Of a stretch of 64,000 nucleotides of DNA, positions 12,001 to 27,000 are shown one piece after another. Source of the DNA: Eledone cirrhosa (Eukaryota); contig OZ024741.1 in NCBI GenBank assembly GCA_964016885.1, forward strand, positions 254,820,001 through 254,884,000. The letters are read 5' to 3'. Every line of letters begins with the position of its first letter. Within the stretch, counting starts at the first letter, position 1. The translations under genes were made by a program, and so were the position numbers. A model generated the notes under the pieces. It had not been told where the DNA came from, made no database searches, and worked only from the letters and a program-made list of their open reading frames with translations.

Positions 12001-15000
12001 GTGTTTCGACTTACGAGTGTTTCGACATACGAGTGTTTCGGCTTACGAGTGTTTTGATTTACGAGTGTTTTGACTTACGGGTGCTTCGACTTACGCGTGT
12101 TTCGACTTACGTGTGTTTCGACTTACGAGTGTTTCGACTTACGAGTGTTTCGGCTGGCGAGTGTTTCGACTTACGAGTGTTTTGACTTAAGGGTGTTTCG
12201 ACTTACGAGTGTTTCGACTTACGAGTGTTTCGGCGTACGAGTGTTTTGACTTACGAGTGTTTCGACTTACGAGTGTTTTGACTTACGAATGTTTTGACTT
12301 ACGGGTGTTTCGGCTTACGAGTGTTTCGACTTACGAGTGTTTCGGCTTACGAGTGTTTCGACGTACTAATGTTTTTACTTACGAGTGTTTCGGCGTACGA
12401 GTGTTTCGACTTACGAGTGTTTCGACTTACGGGTGTTTTGACTTACGGGTGTTTCGGCTTACGAGTGTTTCGACTTACGAGTGTTTCGACTTACGGGTGT
12501 TTCGATTACGAGTGTTTTGGCTTACGGTGTTTCGACTTACGAGTGTTTCGGCTTACGAGTGTTTTGACTTAAGGGTGTTTCGACTTACGAGTGTTTCGAT
12601 ACGAGTGTTTCGACTTACGAGTGTTTCGGCTTACGAGTGTTTCGACTTACGAGTGTTTCGACTTACGAGTGTTCTGATTTACGGATGTTTCGACATACGA
12701 GTGTTTCGACTTACGAGTGTTTCGACTTACGAGTGTTCTGAATTACGATTGTTCTGACTTACGAGCGTTCTGACTTACGAGTGTTTCGGCTTACGAGTGT
12801 TTCGGCTTACGAGTGTTTCGACTTACGAGTGTTTCGACTTACGAGTGTTCCGACTTACGGGTGTTTCGACTTACGAGTGTTTTGGCTTACGGTGTTTCGA
12901 TTTACGAGTGTTTCGAGTTAAGAGTGTTTTGACTTACGCGTGTTTTGACATACGAGTGTTCTGACTTACGAGTGTTCTGACTTACGAGTATTTTGACTTA
13001 CGAGTGTTCTGACTTACGAGTGTTCTGACTTACGAGTGTTCCGACTTTACGAGTGTTTCGGCTCACGAGTGTTTCGGCTTACGAGTGTTTCGACTTACGA
13101 AAATAACAAATAGACGCGGTTTCAAATCTCTATGCTTTTCAAATTCATTACATTAATCTTTATTTATACGTTTCGCTTTACGAGTGTTCCGACTTACAAG
13201 TGTTTCGACATACGAGTGTTTCGACTTACGAATGTTTTTGCTTACGGGTGTTTCGACTTACGAATGTTTTTGCTTACGAGTGTTTCGGTTTACGAGTGTT
13301 CCGACTTACGAGTGTTCCGACTTACGAGTGTTTCGGCTTACTAGTGTTTCCAGCTTACGAGTGTTTCGACTTACGAGTGTTTCGACTTACGAGTGTTTCG
13401 AATTACGAGTGTTTCGACTTACGAGTGTTTTGACTTACGGGTGTTTTGACATACGAGTGTTTCGATACGAGTGTTTCGACTTACGAGTGTTCTGACTTAC
13501 GAGTGTTCTGACTTACGAGTGTTCTGACTTACAAGTGTTCTTACTTACGAGTGTTCCGACTTACGAGTGTTCCGACTTACGAGTGTTTCGGCTTACGAAT
13601 GTTTCGACTTACGAGTGTTTCGACTTACGAGTGTTCCGACTTACGGGTGTTTCGACTTACGAGTCTTTTGGCTTACGGTGTTATGGCTTACGAGTGTTTT
13701 GACTTACGCGTGTTTTGACATACGAGTGTTTCGATACGAGTGTTCTGACTTACGAGTGTTCTGCCTTACGAGTGTTCTGACTTACGAGTGTTCTGACTTA
13801 CGAGTGTTCCGACTTTACGAGTGTTTCGGCTCACGAGTGTTTCGGCTTACGAGTGTTTCGACTTACGAAAATAACAAATAGACGCGGTTTCAAATATCTA
13901 TGCTTTTCAAATTCATTACATTAATATTTATTTATACGTTTCGCTTTACGAGTGCTTCGACTTACGAGTGTTTCGACATACGAGTGTTTCGGCTTACGAG
14001 TGTTTTGATTTACGAGTGTTTTGACTTACGGGTGCTTCGACTTACGCGTGTTTCGACTTACGAGTGTTTCGACTTACGAGTGTTTCGGCTTACGAGTGTT
14101 TTGACTTACGAATGTTTTGACTTACGATTGTTTCGGCTTACGAGTGTTTCGACTTACGAGTGTTCTGACTACGAGTGTTCTGACTTACGGGTGTTCTGAC
14201 TTACGAGTGTTCCGACTTACGAGTGTTTCGGCTTATGAGTGTTTCGACTTACGAGTGTTCTGACTACGAGTGTTTCGACTTACGAGTGTTCTGACTACGA
14301 GTGTTCTGACTTACGGGTGTTCTGACTTACGAGTGTTCCGACTTACGAGTGCTTCGACTTACGAGTGTTTCGGCTTACGGGTGTTTCGACTTACGAATGT
14401 TTTTGCTTACGAGTGTTTCGGCTTACGAGTGTTTCGGCTTATGAGTGTTTCGACTTACGAGTGTTTTGACTTACGGGTGTTTTGACATACGAGTGTTTCG
14501 ATACGAGTGTTCTGACTTACGAGTGTTTCCGCTTACGAGTGTTTCGGCTTACGAGTGTTGCGACTTACTAATGTTTTTACTTACGAGTGTTTCGGTGTAA
14601 GAGTGTTTCGACTTAACGATGTTTCGACTTACGAGTGTTTCGACTTACGAGTGTTTCGACTTACGATTGTTCCGACTTACGAGTGTTTCGGGTTATGAGT
14701 GTTTCGACTTACGGGCGTTTCGACTTACGGGTGTTTCGACTTACGAGTGTTTTAACTTACGAGTGTTCTGACTTACGAGTGTTCTGACTTACGAGTGTTC
14801 CGACTTACGACTGTTTCGACTTACGAGTGTTTTGACTTACGAGTGTTCCGACTTACGAGTGTTTCGGCTTACGGGTGTTTCGACGTACGAGTATTTTTGG
14901 CTTACGAGTGTTCCGACTTACGAGTGTCTCGGCTTACGAGTGTTTCGGCTTACGAGTGTTTCGACTTACGAGTGTTTCGACTTACGAGTGTTCCGACTTA

Positions 15001-18000
15001 CGGGTGTTTCGACTTACGAGTGTTTTGGCTTACGGTGTTTCGACTTACGAGTGTTTCGGCTTACGAGTGTTTTGACTTAAGGGTGTTTCGACTTACGAGT
15101 GTTTCGATACGAGTGTTTCGACTTACGAGTGTTTCGGCTTACGAGTGTTTCGACTTACGAGTGTTTCGACTTACGAGTGTTCTGATTTACGGATGTTTCG
15201 ACATACGAGTGTTTCGACTTACGAGTGTTTCGACTTACGAGTGTTTTGACTTACGTGTGTTTTGACATACGAGTGTTTCGATACGAGTGTTTCGACTTAC
15301 GATTGTTCTGACTTACGATTGTACTGACTTACGAGCGTTCTGACTTACGAGTGTTTCGGCTTACGAGTGTTTCGGCTTACGAGTGTTTCGACTTACGAGT
15401 GTTTCGACTTACGAGTGTTCCGACTTACGGGTGTTTCGACTTACGAGTGTTTTAGCTTACGGTGTTTCGACTTACGAGTGTTTCGAGTTAAGAGTGTTTT
15501 GACTTACGCGTGTTTTGACATACGAGTGTTCTGACTTACGAGTGTTCTGACTTACGAGTGTTCTGACTTACGAGTGTTCTGACTTACGAGTGTTCCGACT
15601 TTACGAGTGTTTCGGCTCACGAGTGTTTCGGCTTACGAGTGTTTCCTCTTACGAAAATAACAACTAGACGCGGTTTCAAATCTCTATGCTTTTCAAATTC
15701 ATTACATTAATCTTTATTTATACGTTTCGCTTTACGAGTGTTTCGACTTACGAGTGTTTCGACATACGAGTGTTTCGACTTACGAATGTTTTTGCTTACG
15801 GGTGTTTCGACTTACGAATGTTTTTGCTTACGAGTGTTTCGGTTTACGAGTGTTCCGACTTACGAGTGTTCCGACTTACGAGTGTTTCGGCTTACGAGTG
15901 TTTCCGGCTTACGAGTGTTTCGACTTACGAGTGTTTCGACTTACGAGTGTTTTGACTTACGGTGTTTCGGCTTACGAGTGATTAGACTTACGAGTGTTTT
16001 GACTTACGGGTGTTTTGACTTACGGGTGTTGTGAATTACGAGTGTTCCGATTTACGAGTGTTTTGACTTACGGTGTTTCGGCTTACAAGTGATTCGACTT
16101 ACGAATGTTTTGACTTACGGGTGTTTCGGCTTGCGAGTATTTCGACTTACGAGTGTTTCGGCTTATGAGTGTTTCGACTTACTAATGTTTTTACTTACGA
16201 GTGTTTCGGCGTACGAGTGTTTTGACTTACGAGTGTTTCGACTTACGAGTGTTTTGACTTACGAATGTTTTGACTTACGGGTGTTTCGGCTTACGAGTGT
16301 TTCGACTTACGAGTGTTTCGGCTTGCGAGTGTTTCGACTTACTAATGTTTTTACTTACGAGTGTTTCGGCGTACGAGTGTTTCGACTTACGAGTGTTTCG
16401 ACTTACGGGTGTTTTGACTTACGGGTGTTTCGGCTTACGAGTGTTTCGACTTACGAGTGTTTTGACTTAAGGGTGTTTCGACTTACGAGTGTTTCGACTT
16501 ACGAGTGTTTCGACTTACGGGTGTTTCGACTTACGAGTGTTCTGACTTACGAGTGTTCTGATTTACGGATGTTTCGACACACGAGTGTTTCGAATTACGA
16601 GTGTTTCGACTTACAAGTGTTTTGGCTTACGGTGTTTCGGCTTACGAGTGTTTCGAGTTACGAGTGTTTTGACTTACGCGTGTTTTGACATACGAGTGTT
16701 TCGATACGAGTGTTCTGACTTACGAGTGTTCTGACTTACGAGTGTTCTGACTTACGAGTGTTCCGACGTTACGAGTGTTTCGGCTCACGAGTGTTTCGGC
16801 TTACGAGTGTTTCGACTTACGAAAATAACAAATAGACGCGGTTTCAAATCTCTATGCTTTTCAAATTCATTACATTAATCTTTATTTATACGTTTCGCTT
16901 TACGAGTGTTTCGACTTACGAGTGTTTCGGCTGGCGAGTGTTTCGACTTACGAGTGTTTTGACTTAAGGGTGTTTCGACTTACGAGTGTTTCGACTTACG
17001 AGTGTTTCGGCGTACGAGTGTTTTGACTTACGAGTGTTTCGACTTACGAGTGTTTTGACTTACGAATGTTTTGACTTACAGGTGTTTCGGCTTACGAGTG
17101 TTTCGACTTACGAGTGTTTCGGCTTACGAGTGTTTCGACTTACTAATGTTTTTACTTACGAGTGTTTCGGCGTACGAGTGTTTCGACTTACGAGTGTTTC
17201 GACTTACGGGTGTTTTGACTTACGGGTGTTTCGGCTTACGAGTGTTTCGACTTACGAGTGTTTCGACTTACGGGTGTTTCGATTACGAGTGTTTTGGCTT
17301 ACGGTGTTTCGACTTACGAGTGTTTCGGCTTACGAGTGTTTTGACTTAAGGGTGTTTCGACTTACGAGTGTTTCGATACGAGTGTTTCGACTTACGAGTG
17401 TTTCGGCTTACGAGTGTTTCGACTTACGAGTGTTTCGACTTACGAGTGTTCTGATTTACGGATGTTTCGACATACGAGTGTTTCGACTTACGAGTGTTTC
17501 GACTTACGAGTGTTCTGACTTACGATTGTTCTGACTTACGAGCGTTCTGACTTACGAGTGTTTCGGCTTACGAGTGTTTCGGCTTACGAGTGTTTCGACT
17601 TACGAGTGTTTCGACTTACGAGTGTTCCGACTTACGGGTGTTTCGACTTACGAGTGTTTTGGCTTACGGTGTTTCGATTTACGAGTGTTTCGAGTTAAGA
17701 GTGTTTTGACTTACGCGTGTTTTAACATACGAGTGTTCTGACTTACGAGTGTTCTGACTTACGAGTATTTTGACTTACGAGTGTTCTGACTTACGAGTGT
17801 TCTGACTTACGAGTGTTCCGACTTTACGAGTGTTTCGGCTCACGAGTGTTTCGGCTTACGAGTGTTTCGACTTACGAAAATAACAAATAGACGCGGTTTC
17901 AAATCTCTATGCTTTTCAAATTCATTACATTAATCTTTATTTATACGTTTCGCTTTACGAGTGTTTCGACTTACAAGTGTTTCGACATACGAGTGTTTCG

Positions 18001-21000
18001 ACTTACGAATGTTTTTGCTTACGGGTGTTTCGACTTACGAATGTTTTTGCTTACGAGTGTTTCTGTTTACGAGTGTTCCGACTTACGAGTGTTCCGACTT
18101 ACGAGTGTTTCGGCTTACGAGTGTTTCCGGCTTACGAGTGTTTCGACTTACGAGTGTTTCGACTTACGAGTGTTTTGACTTACGGTGTTTCGGCTTACGA
18201 GTGATTAGACTTACGAGTGTTTTGACTTACGGGTGTTTTGACTTACGGGTGTTTTGACTTACGGGTGTTGTGAATTACGAGTGTTCCTATTTACGAGTGT
18301 TTTGACTTACGGTGTTTCGGCTTACAAGTGATTCGACTTACGAATGTTTTGACTTACGGGTGTTTCGGCTTGCGAGTGTTTCGACTTACGAGTGTTTCGG
18401 CTTATGAGTGTTTCGACTTACTAATGTTTTTACTTACGAGTGTTTCGGCGTACGAGTGTTTTGACTTACGAGTGTTTCGACTTACGAGTGTTTTGACTTA
18501 CGAATGTTTTGACTTACGGGTGTTTCGGCTTACGAGTGTTTTGACTTAAAGTGTTTCGACTTACGAGTGTTTCGACTTAAGAGTGTTTCGACTTACGGGT
18601 GTTTCGACTTACGAGTGTTTTGGCTTACGGCGTTTCGACTTACGAGTGTTTCGGCTTACGAGTGTTTTGACTTAAGGGTGTTTCGACTTACGAGTGTTTC
18701 GATACGAGTGTTTCGACTTACGAGTGTTTCGGCTTACGAGTGTTTCGACTTACGAGTGTTTCGACTTACGAGTATTCTGATTTACGGATGTTTCGACATA
18801 CGAGTGTTTCGACTTACGAGTGTTTCGACTTACGAGTGTTTTGACTTACGGGTGTTTTGACATACGAGTGTTTCGATACGAGTGTTTCGACTTACGAGTG
18901 TTCTGACTTACGATTGTTCTGACTTACGAGCGTTCTGACTTACGAGTGTTTCGGCTTACGAGTGTTTCGGCTTACGAGTGTTTCGACTTACGAGTGTTTC
19001 GACTTACGAGTGTTCCGACTTACGGGTGTTTCGACTTACGAGTGTTTTGGCTTACGGTGTTTCGACTTACGAGTGTTTCGAGTTAAGAGTGTTTTGACTT
19101 ACGCGTGTTTTGACATACGAGTGTTCTGACTTACGAGTGTTCTGACTTACGAGTGTTCTGACTTACGAGTGTTCTGACTTACGAGTGTTCTGACTTTACG
19201 AGTGTTTCGGCTCACGTGTGTTTCGGCTTACGAGTGTTTCGACTTACAAAAATAACATATAGACGCGGTTTCAAATCTCTATGCTTTTCAAATTCATTAT
19301 ATTAATCTTTATTTATACGTTTCGCTTTACGAGTGTTTCGACTTACGAGTGTTTCGACATACGAGTGTTTCGACTTACGAATGTTTTTGCTACGGGTGTT
19401 TCGACTTACGAATGTTTTTGCTTACAATTGTTTCGGTTTACGAGTGTTCCGACTTACGAGTGTTCCGACTTACGAGTGTTTCGGCTTACGAGTGTTTCCG
19501 GCTTACGAGTGTTTCGACTTACGAGTGTTTCGACTTACGAGTGTTTTGACTTACGGTGTTTCGGCTTACGAGTGATTAGACTTACGAGTGTTTTGACTTA
19601 CGGGTGTTTTGACTTACGGGTGTTTCGGCTTACGAGTGTTTCGACTTACGAGTGTTTCGGCTTGCGAGTGTTTCGACTTACTAATGTTTTTACTTACGAG
19701 TGTTTCGGCGTACGAGTGTTTCGACTTACGAGTGTTTCGACTTACGGGTGTTTTGACTTAGGGGTGTTTCGGCTTACGAGTGTTTCGACTTATGAGTGTT
19801 TTGACTTAAAGTGTTTCGACTTACGAGTGTTTCGACTTAAGAGTGTTTCGACTTACGGGTGTTTCGACTTACGAGTGTTTTGGCTTACGGTGTTTCGACT
19901 TACGAGTGTTTCGGCTTACGAGTGTTTTGACTTAAGGGTGTTTCGACTTACGAGTGTTTCGATGCGAGTGTTTCGACTTACGAGTGTTTCGGCTTACGAG
20001 TGTTTCGACTTACGAGTGTTTCGACTTACGAGTGTTCTGATTTACGGATGTTTCGACATACGAGTGTTTCGACTTACGAGTGTTTCGACTTACGAGTGTT
20101 CCGACTTACGGGTGTTTCGTCTTACGAGTGTTTTGGCTTACGGTGTTTCGACTTACGAGTGTTTCGAGTTAAGAGTGTTTTGACTTACGCGTGTTTTGAC
20201 ATACGAGTGTTCTGACTTACGAGTGTTCTGACTTACGAGTGTTCTGACTTACGAGTGTTCTGACTTACGAGTGTTCTGACTTACGAGTGTTCCGACTTTA
20301 CGAGTGTTTCGGCTCACGTGTGTTTCGGCTTACGAGTGTTTCGACTTACGAAAATAACATATAGACGCGGTTTCAAATCTCTATGCTTTTCAAATTCATT
20401 ACATTAATCTTTATTTATACGTTTCGCTTTACGAGTGTTTCGACTTACGAGTGTTTCGACATACGAGTGTTTCGACTTACGAATGTTTTTGCTACGGGTG
20501 TTTCGACTTACGAATATTTTGCTTACGAGTGTTTCGGTTTACGAGTGTTCCGACTTACGAGTGTTCCGACTTACGAGTGTTTCGGCTTACGAGTGTTTCC
20601 GGCTTACGAGTGTTTCGACTTACGAGTGTTTCGACTTACGAGTGTTTTGACTTACGGTGTTTCGGCTTACGAGTGATTAGACTTACGAGTGTTTCGGTTT
20701 ACGAGTGTTTTGACTTACGGTGTTTCGGCTTACAAGTGATTCGACTTACGAATGTTTTGACTTACGGGTGTTTCGGCTTGCGAGTGTTTCGACTTACGAG
20801 TGTTTCGGCTTATGAGTGTTTCGACTTACTAATGTTTTTACTTACGAGTGTTTCGGCGTACGAGTGTTTTGACTTACGGGTGTTTCGGCTTATGAGTGTT
20901 GCGACTTACGAGTGTTTCGGCTTGCGAGTTTTTAGACTTACTAATGTTTTTACTTACGAGTGTTTCGGCGTACGAGTGTTTCGACTTACGAGTGTTTCGA

Positions 21001-24000
21001 CTTACGGGTGTTTTGACTTACGGGTGTTTCGGCTTACGAGTGTTTCGACTTACGAGTGTTTTGACTTACGAGTGTTTTGACTTGAGGGTTTTCGACTTAC
21101 GAGTGTTTCGTTACGAGTGTTTCGACTTACGAGTGTTCTGACTTACGAGTGTTTTGGCTTACGGTGTTTCGGCTTACGAGTGTTTCGAGTTACGAGTGTT
21201 TTGACTTACGCGTGTTTTGACATACGAGTGTTTCGATACGAGTGTTCTGACTTACGAGTGTTCTGACTTACGAGTGTTCTGACTTACGAGTGTTCTGACT
21301 TACGAGTGTTCCGACTTTACGAGTGTTTCGGCTCACGAGTGTTTCGGCTTACGAGTGTTTCGACTTACGAAAATAACAAATAGACGCGGTTTCAAATCTC
21401 TATGCTTTTCAAATTCATTACATTAATCTTTATTTATACGTTTCGCTTTACGAGTGTTTCGACTTACGAGTGTTTCGACATACGAGTGTTTCGGCTTACG
21501 AGTGTTTTGATTTACGAGTGTTTTGACTTACGGGTGCTTCGACTTACGCGTGTTTCGACTTACGTGTGTTTCGACTTACGAGTGTTTCGACTTACGAGTG
21601 TTTCGGCTGGCGAGTGTTTCGACTTACGAGTGTTTTGACTTAAGTGTGTTTCGACTTACGAGTGTTTCGACTTACGAGTGTTTCGGCGTACGAGTGTTTT
21701 GACTTACGAGTGTTTCGACTTACGAGTGTTTTGACTTACGAATGTTTTGACTTACGGGTGTTTCGGCTTACGACTGTTTCGACTTACGAGTGTTTCGGCT
21801 TACGAGTGTTTCGACGTACTAATGTTTTTACTTACGAGTGTTTCGGCGTACGAGTGTTTCGACTTACGAGTGTTTCGACTTACGGGTGTTTTGACTTACG
21901 GGTGTTTCGGCTTACGAGTGTTTCGACTTACGAGTGTTTCGACTTACGGGTGTTTCGATTACGAGTGTTTTGGCTTACGGTGTTTCGACTTACGAGTGTT
22001 TCGGCTTACGAGTGTTTTGACTTAAGGGTGTTTCGACTTACGAGTGTTTCGATACGAGTGTTTCGACTTACGAGTGTTTCGGCTTACGAGTGTTTCGACG
22101 TACGAGTGTTTCGACTTACGAGTGTTCTGATTTACGGATGTTTCGACATACGAGTGTTTCGACTTACGAGTGTTTCGACTTACGAGTGTTCTGACTTACG
22201 ATTGTTCTGACTTACGAGCGTTCTGACTTACGAGTGTTTCGGCTTACGAGTGTTTCGGCTTACGAGTGTTTCGACTTACGAGTGTTTCGACTTACGAGTG
22301 TTCCGACTTACGGGTGTTTCGACTTACGAGTGTTTTGGCTTACGGTGTTTCGATTTACGAGTGTTTCGAGTTAAGAGTGTTTTGACTTACGCGTGTTTTG
22401 ACATACGAGTGTTCTGACTTACGAGTGTTCTGACTTACGAGTATTTTGACTTACGAGTGTTCTGACTTACGAGTGTTCTGACTTACGAGTGTTCCGACTT
22501 TACGAGTGTTTCGGCTCACGAGTGTTTCGGCTTACGAGTGTTTCGACTTACGAAAATAACAAATAGACGCGGTTTCAAATCTCTATGCTTTTCAAATTCA
22601 TTACATTAATCTTTATTTATACGTTTCGCTTTACGAGTGTTCCGACTTACAAGTGTTTCGACATACGAGTGTTTCGACTTACGAATGTTTTTGCTTACGG
22701 GTGTTTCGACTTACGAATGTTTTTGCTTACGAGTGTTTCGGTTTACGAGTGTTCCGACTTACGAGTGTTTCGACTTACGAGTGTTTCGAATTACGAGTGT
22801 TTCGACTTACGAGTGTTTTGACTTACGGGTGTTTTGACATACGAGTGTTTCGATACGAGTGTTTCGACTTACGAGTGTTCTGACTTACGAGTGTTCTGAC
22901 TTACGAGTGTTCTGACTTACAAGTGTTCTTACTTACGAGTGTTCCGACTTACGAGTGTTCCGACTTACGAGTGTTTCGGCTTACGAATGTTTCGACTTAC
23001 GAGTGTTTCGACTTACGAGTGTTCCGACTTACGGGTGTTTCGACTTACGAGTGTATTGGCTTACGGTGTTATAGCTTACGAGTGTTTTGACTTACGCGTG
23101 TTTTGACATACGAGTGTTTCGATACGAGTGTTCTGACTTACGAGTGTTCTGCCTTACGAGTGTTCTGACTTACGAGTGTTCTGACTTACGAGTGTTCCGA
23201 CTTTACGAGTGTTTCGGCTCACGAGTGTTTCGGCTTACGAGTGTTTCGACTTACGAAAATAACAAATAGACGCGGTTTCAAATATCTATGCTTTTCAAAT
23301 TCATTACATTAATCTTTATTTATACGTTTCGCTTTACGAGTGCTTCGACTTACGAGTGTTTCGACATACGAGTGTTTCGGCTTACGAGTGTTTTGATTTA
23401 CGAGTGTTTTGACTTACGGGTGCTTCGACTTACGCGTGTTTCGACTTACGAGTGTTTCGACTTACGAGTGTTTCGGCTTACGAGTGTTTTGACTTACGAA
23501 TGTTTTGACTTACGATTGTTTCGGCTTACGAGTGTTTCGACTTACGAGTGTTCTGACTACGAGTGTTCTGACTTACGGGTGTTCTGACTTACGAGTGTTC
23601 CGACTTACGAGTGTTTCGGCTTATGAGTGTTTCGACTTACGAGTGTTCTGACTACGAGTGTTTCGACTTACGAGTGTTCTGACTACGAGTGTTCTGACTT
23701 ACGGGTGTTCTGACTTACGAGTGTTCCGACTTACGAGTGCTTCGACTTACGAGTGTTTCGGCTTACGGGTGTTTCGACTTACGAATGTTTTTGCTTACGA
23801 GTGTTTCGGCTTACGAGTGTTTCGGCTTATGAGTGTTTCGACTTACGAGTGTTTTGACTTACGGGTGTTTTGACATACGAGTGTTTCGATACGAGTGTTC
23901 TGACTTACGAGTGTTTCCGCTTACGAGTGTTTCGGCTTACGAGTGTTGCGACTTACTAATGTTTTTACTTACGAGTGTTTCGGTGTAAGAGTGTTTCGAC

Positions 24001-27000
24001 TTAACGATGTTTCGACTTACGAGTGTTTCGACTTACGAGTGTTTCGACTTACGATTGTTCCGACTTACGAGTGTTTCGGCTTATGAGTGTTTCGACTTAC
24101 GGGCGTTTCGACTTACGGGTGTTTCGACTTACGAGTGTTTCGGCTTATGAGTGTTTCGACTTACGAGTGTCTTGACTTACGGGTGTTTTGACATACGAGT
24201 GTTTCGATACGAGTGTTCTGACTTACGAGTGTTTCCGCTTACGAGTGTTTCGGCTTACGAGTGTTTCGACTTACTAATGTTTTTACTTACGAGTGTTTCG
24301 GTGTAAGAGTGTTTCGACTTAACGATGTTTCGACTTACGAGTGTTTCGACTTACGAGTGTTTCGACTTACGAGTGTTCCGACTTACGAGTGTTTCGGCTT
24401 ATGAGTGTTTCGACTTACGGGCGTTTCGACTTACGGGTGTTTCGACTTACGAGTGTTTTAACTTACGAGTGTTCTGACTTACGAGTCTTCTGACTTACGA
24501 GTGTTCCGACTTACGACTGTTTCGACTTACGAGTGTTTTGACTTACGAGTGTTCCGACTTACGAGTGTTTCGGCTTACGGGTGTTTCGACGTACGAGTAT
24601 TTTTGGCTTACGAGTGTTCCGACTTACGAGTGTCTCGGCTTACGAGTGTTTCGGCTTACGAGTGTTTCGACTTACGAGTGTTTCGACTTACGAGTGTTCC
24701 GACTTACGGGTGTTTCGACTTACGAGTGTTTTGGCTTACGGTGTTTCGACTTACGAGTGTTTCGGCTTACGAGTGTTTTGACTTAAGGGTGTTTCGACTT
24801 ACGAGTGTTTCGATACGAGTGTTTCGACTTACGAGTGTTTCGGCTTACGAGTGTTTTGACTTACGAGTGTTTCGACTTACGAGTGTTCTGATTTACGGAT
24901 GTTTCGACATACGAGTGTTTCGACTTACGAGTGTTTCGACTTACGAGTGTTTTGACTTACGTGTGTTTTGACATACGAGTGTTTCGATACGAGTGTTTCG
25001 ACTTACGATTGTTCTGACTTACGATTGTACTGACTTACGAGCGTTCTGACTTACGAGTGTTTCGGCTTACGAGTGTTTCGGCTTACGAGTGTTTCGACTT
25101 ACGAGTGTTTCGACTTACGAGTGTTCCGACTTACGGGTGTTTCGACTTACGAGTGTTTTAGCTTACGGTGTTTCGACTTACGAGTGTTTCGAGTTAAGAG
25201 TGTTTTGACTTACGCGTGTTTTGACATACGAGTGTTCTGACTTACGAGTGTTCTGACTTACGAGTGTTCTGACTTACGAGTGTTCTGACTTACGAGTGTT
25301 CCGACTTTACGAGTGTTTCGGCTCACGAGTGTTTCGGCTTACGAGTGTTTCCTCTTACGAAAATAACAAATAGACGCGGTTTCAAATCTCTATGCTTTTC
25401 AAATTCATTACATTAATCTTTATTTATACGTTTCGCTTTACGAGTGTTTCGACTTACGAGTGTTTCGACATACGAGTGTTTCGACTTACGAATGTTTTTG
25501 CTTACGGGTGTTTCGACTTACGAATGTTTTTGCTTACGAGTGTTTCGGTTTACGAGTGTTCCGACTTACGAGTGTTCCGACTTACGAGTGTTTCGGCTTA
25601 CGAGTGTTTCCGGCTTACGAGTGTTTCGACTTACGAGTGTTTCGACTTACGAGTGTTTTGACTTACGGTGTTTCGGCTTACGAGTGATTAGACTTACGAG
25701 TGTTTTGACTTACGGGTGTTTTGACTTACGGGTGTTGTGAATTACGAGTGTTCCGATTTACGAGTGTTTTGACTTACGGTGTTTCGGCTTACAAGTGATT
25801 CGACTTACGAATGTTTTGACTTACGGGTGTTTCGGCTTGCGAGTATTTCGACTTACGAGTGTTTCGGCTTATGAGTGTTTCGACTTACTAATGTTTTTAC
25901 TTACGAGTGTTTCGGCGTACGAGTGTTTTGACTTACGAGTGTTTCGACTTACGAGTGTTTTGACTTACGAATGTTTTGACTTACGGGTGTTTCGGCTTAC
26001 GAGTGTTTCGACTTACGAGTGTTTCGGCTTGCGAGTGTTTCGACTTACTAATGTTTTTACTTACGAGTGTTTCGGCGTACGAGTGTTTCGACTTACGAGT
26101 GTTTCGACTTACGGGTGTTTTGACTTACGGGTGTTTCGGCTTACGAGTGTTTCGACTTACGAGTGTTTTGACTTAAGGGTGTTTCGACTTACGAGTGTTT
26201 CGACTTACGAGTGTTTCGACTTACGGGTGTTTCGACTTACGAGTGTTCTGACTTACGAGTGTTCTGATTTACGGATGTTTCGACACACGAGTGTTTCGAA
26301 TTACGAGTGTTTCGACTTACAAGTGTTTTGGCTTACGGTGTTTCGGCTTACGAGTGTTTCGAGTTACGAGTGTTTTGACTTACGCGTGTTTTGACATACG
26401 AGTGTTTCGATACGAGTGTTCTGACTTACGAGTGTTCTGACTTACGAGTGTTCTGACTTACGAGTGTTCCGACGTTACGAGTGTTTCGGCTCACGAGTGT
26501 TTCGGCTTACGAGTGTTTCGACTTACGAAAATAACAAATAGACGCGGTTTCAAATCTCTATGCTTTTCAAATTCATTACATTAATCTTTATTTATACGTT
26601 TCGCTTTACGAGTGTTTCGACTTACGAGTGTTTCGGCTGGCGAGTGTTTCGACTTACGAGTGTTTTGACTTAAGGGTGTTTCGACTTACGAGTGTTTCGA
26701 CTTACGAGTGTTTCGGCGTACGAGTGTTTTGACTTACGAGTGTTTCGACTTACGAGTGTTTTGACTTACGAATGTTTTGACTTACGGGTGTTTCGGCTTA
26801 CGAGTGTTTCGACTTACGAGTGTTTCGGCTTACGAGTGTTTCGACTTACTAATGTTTTTACTTACGAGTGTTTCGGCGTACGAGTGTTTCGACTTACGAG
26901 TGTTTCGACTTACGGGTGTTTTGACTTACGGGTGTTTCGGCTTACGAGTGTTTCGACTTACGAGTGTTTCGACTTACGGGTGTTTCGATTACGAGTGTTT

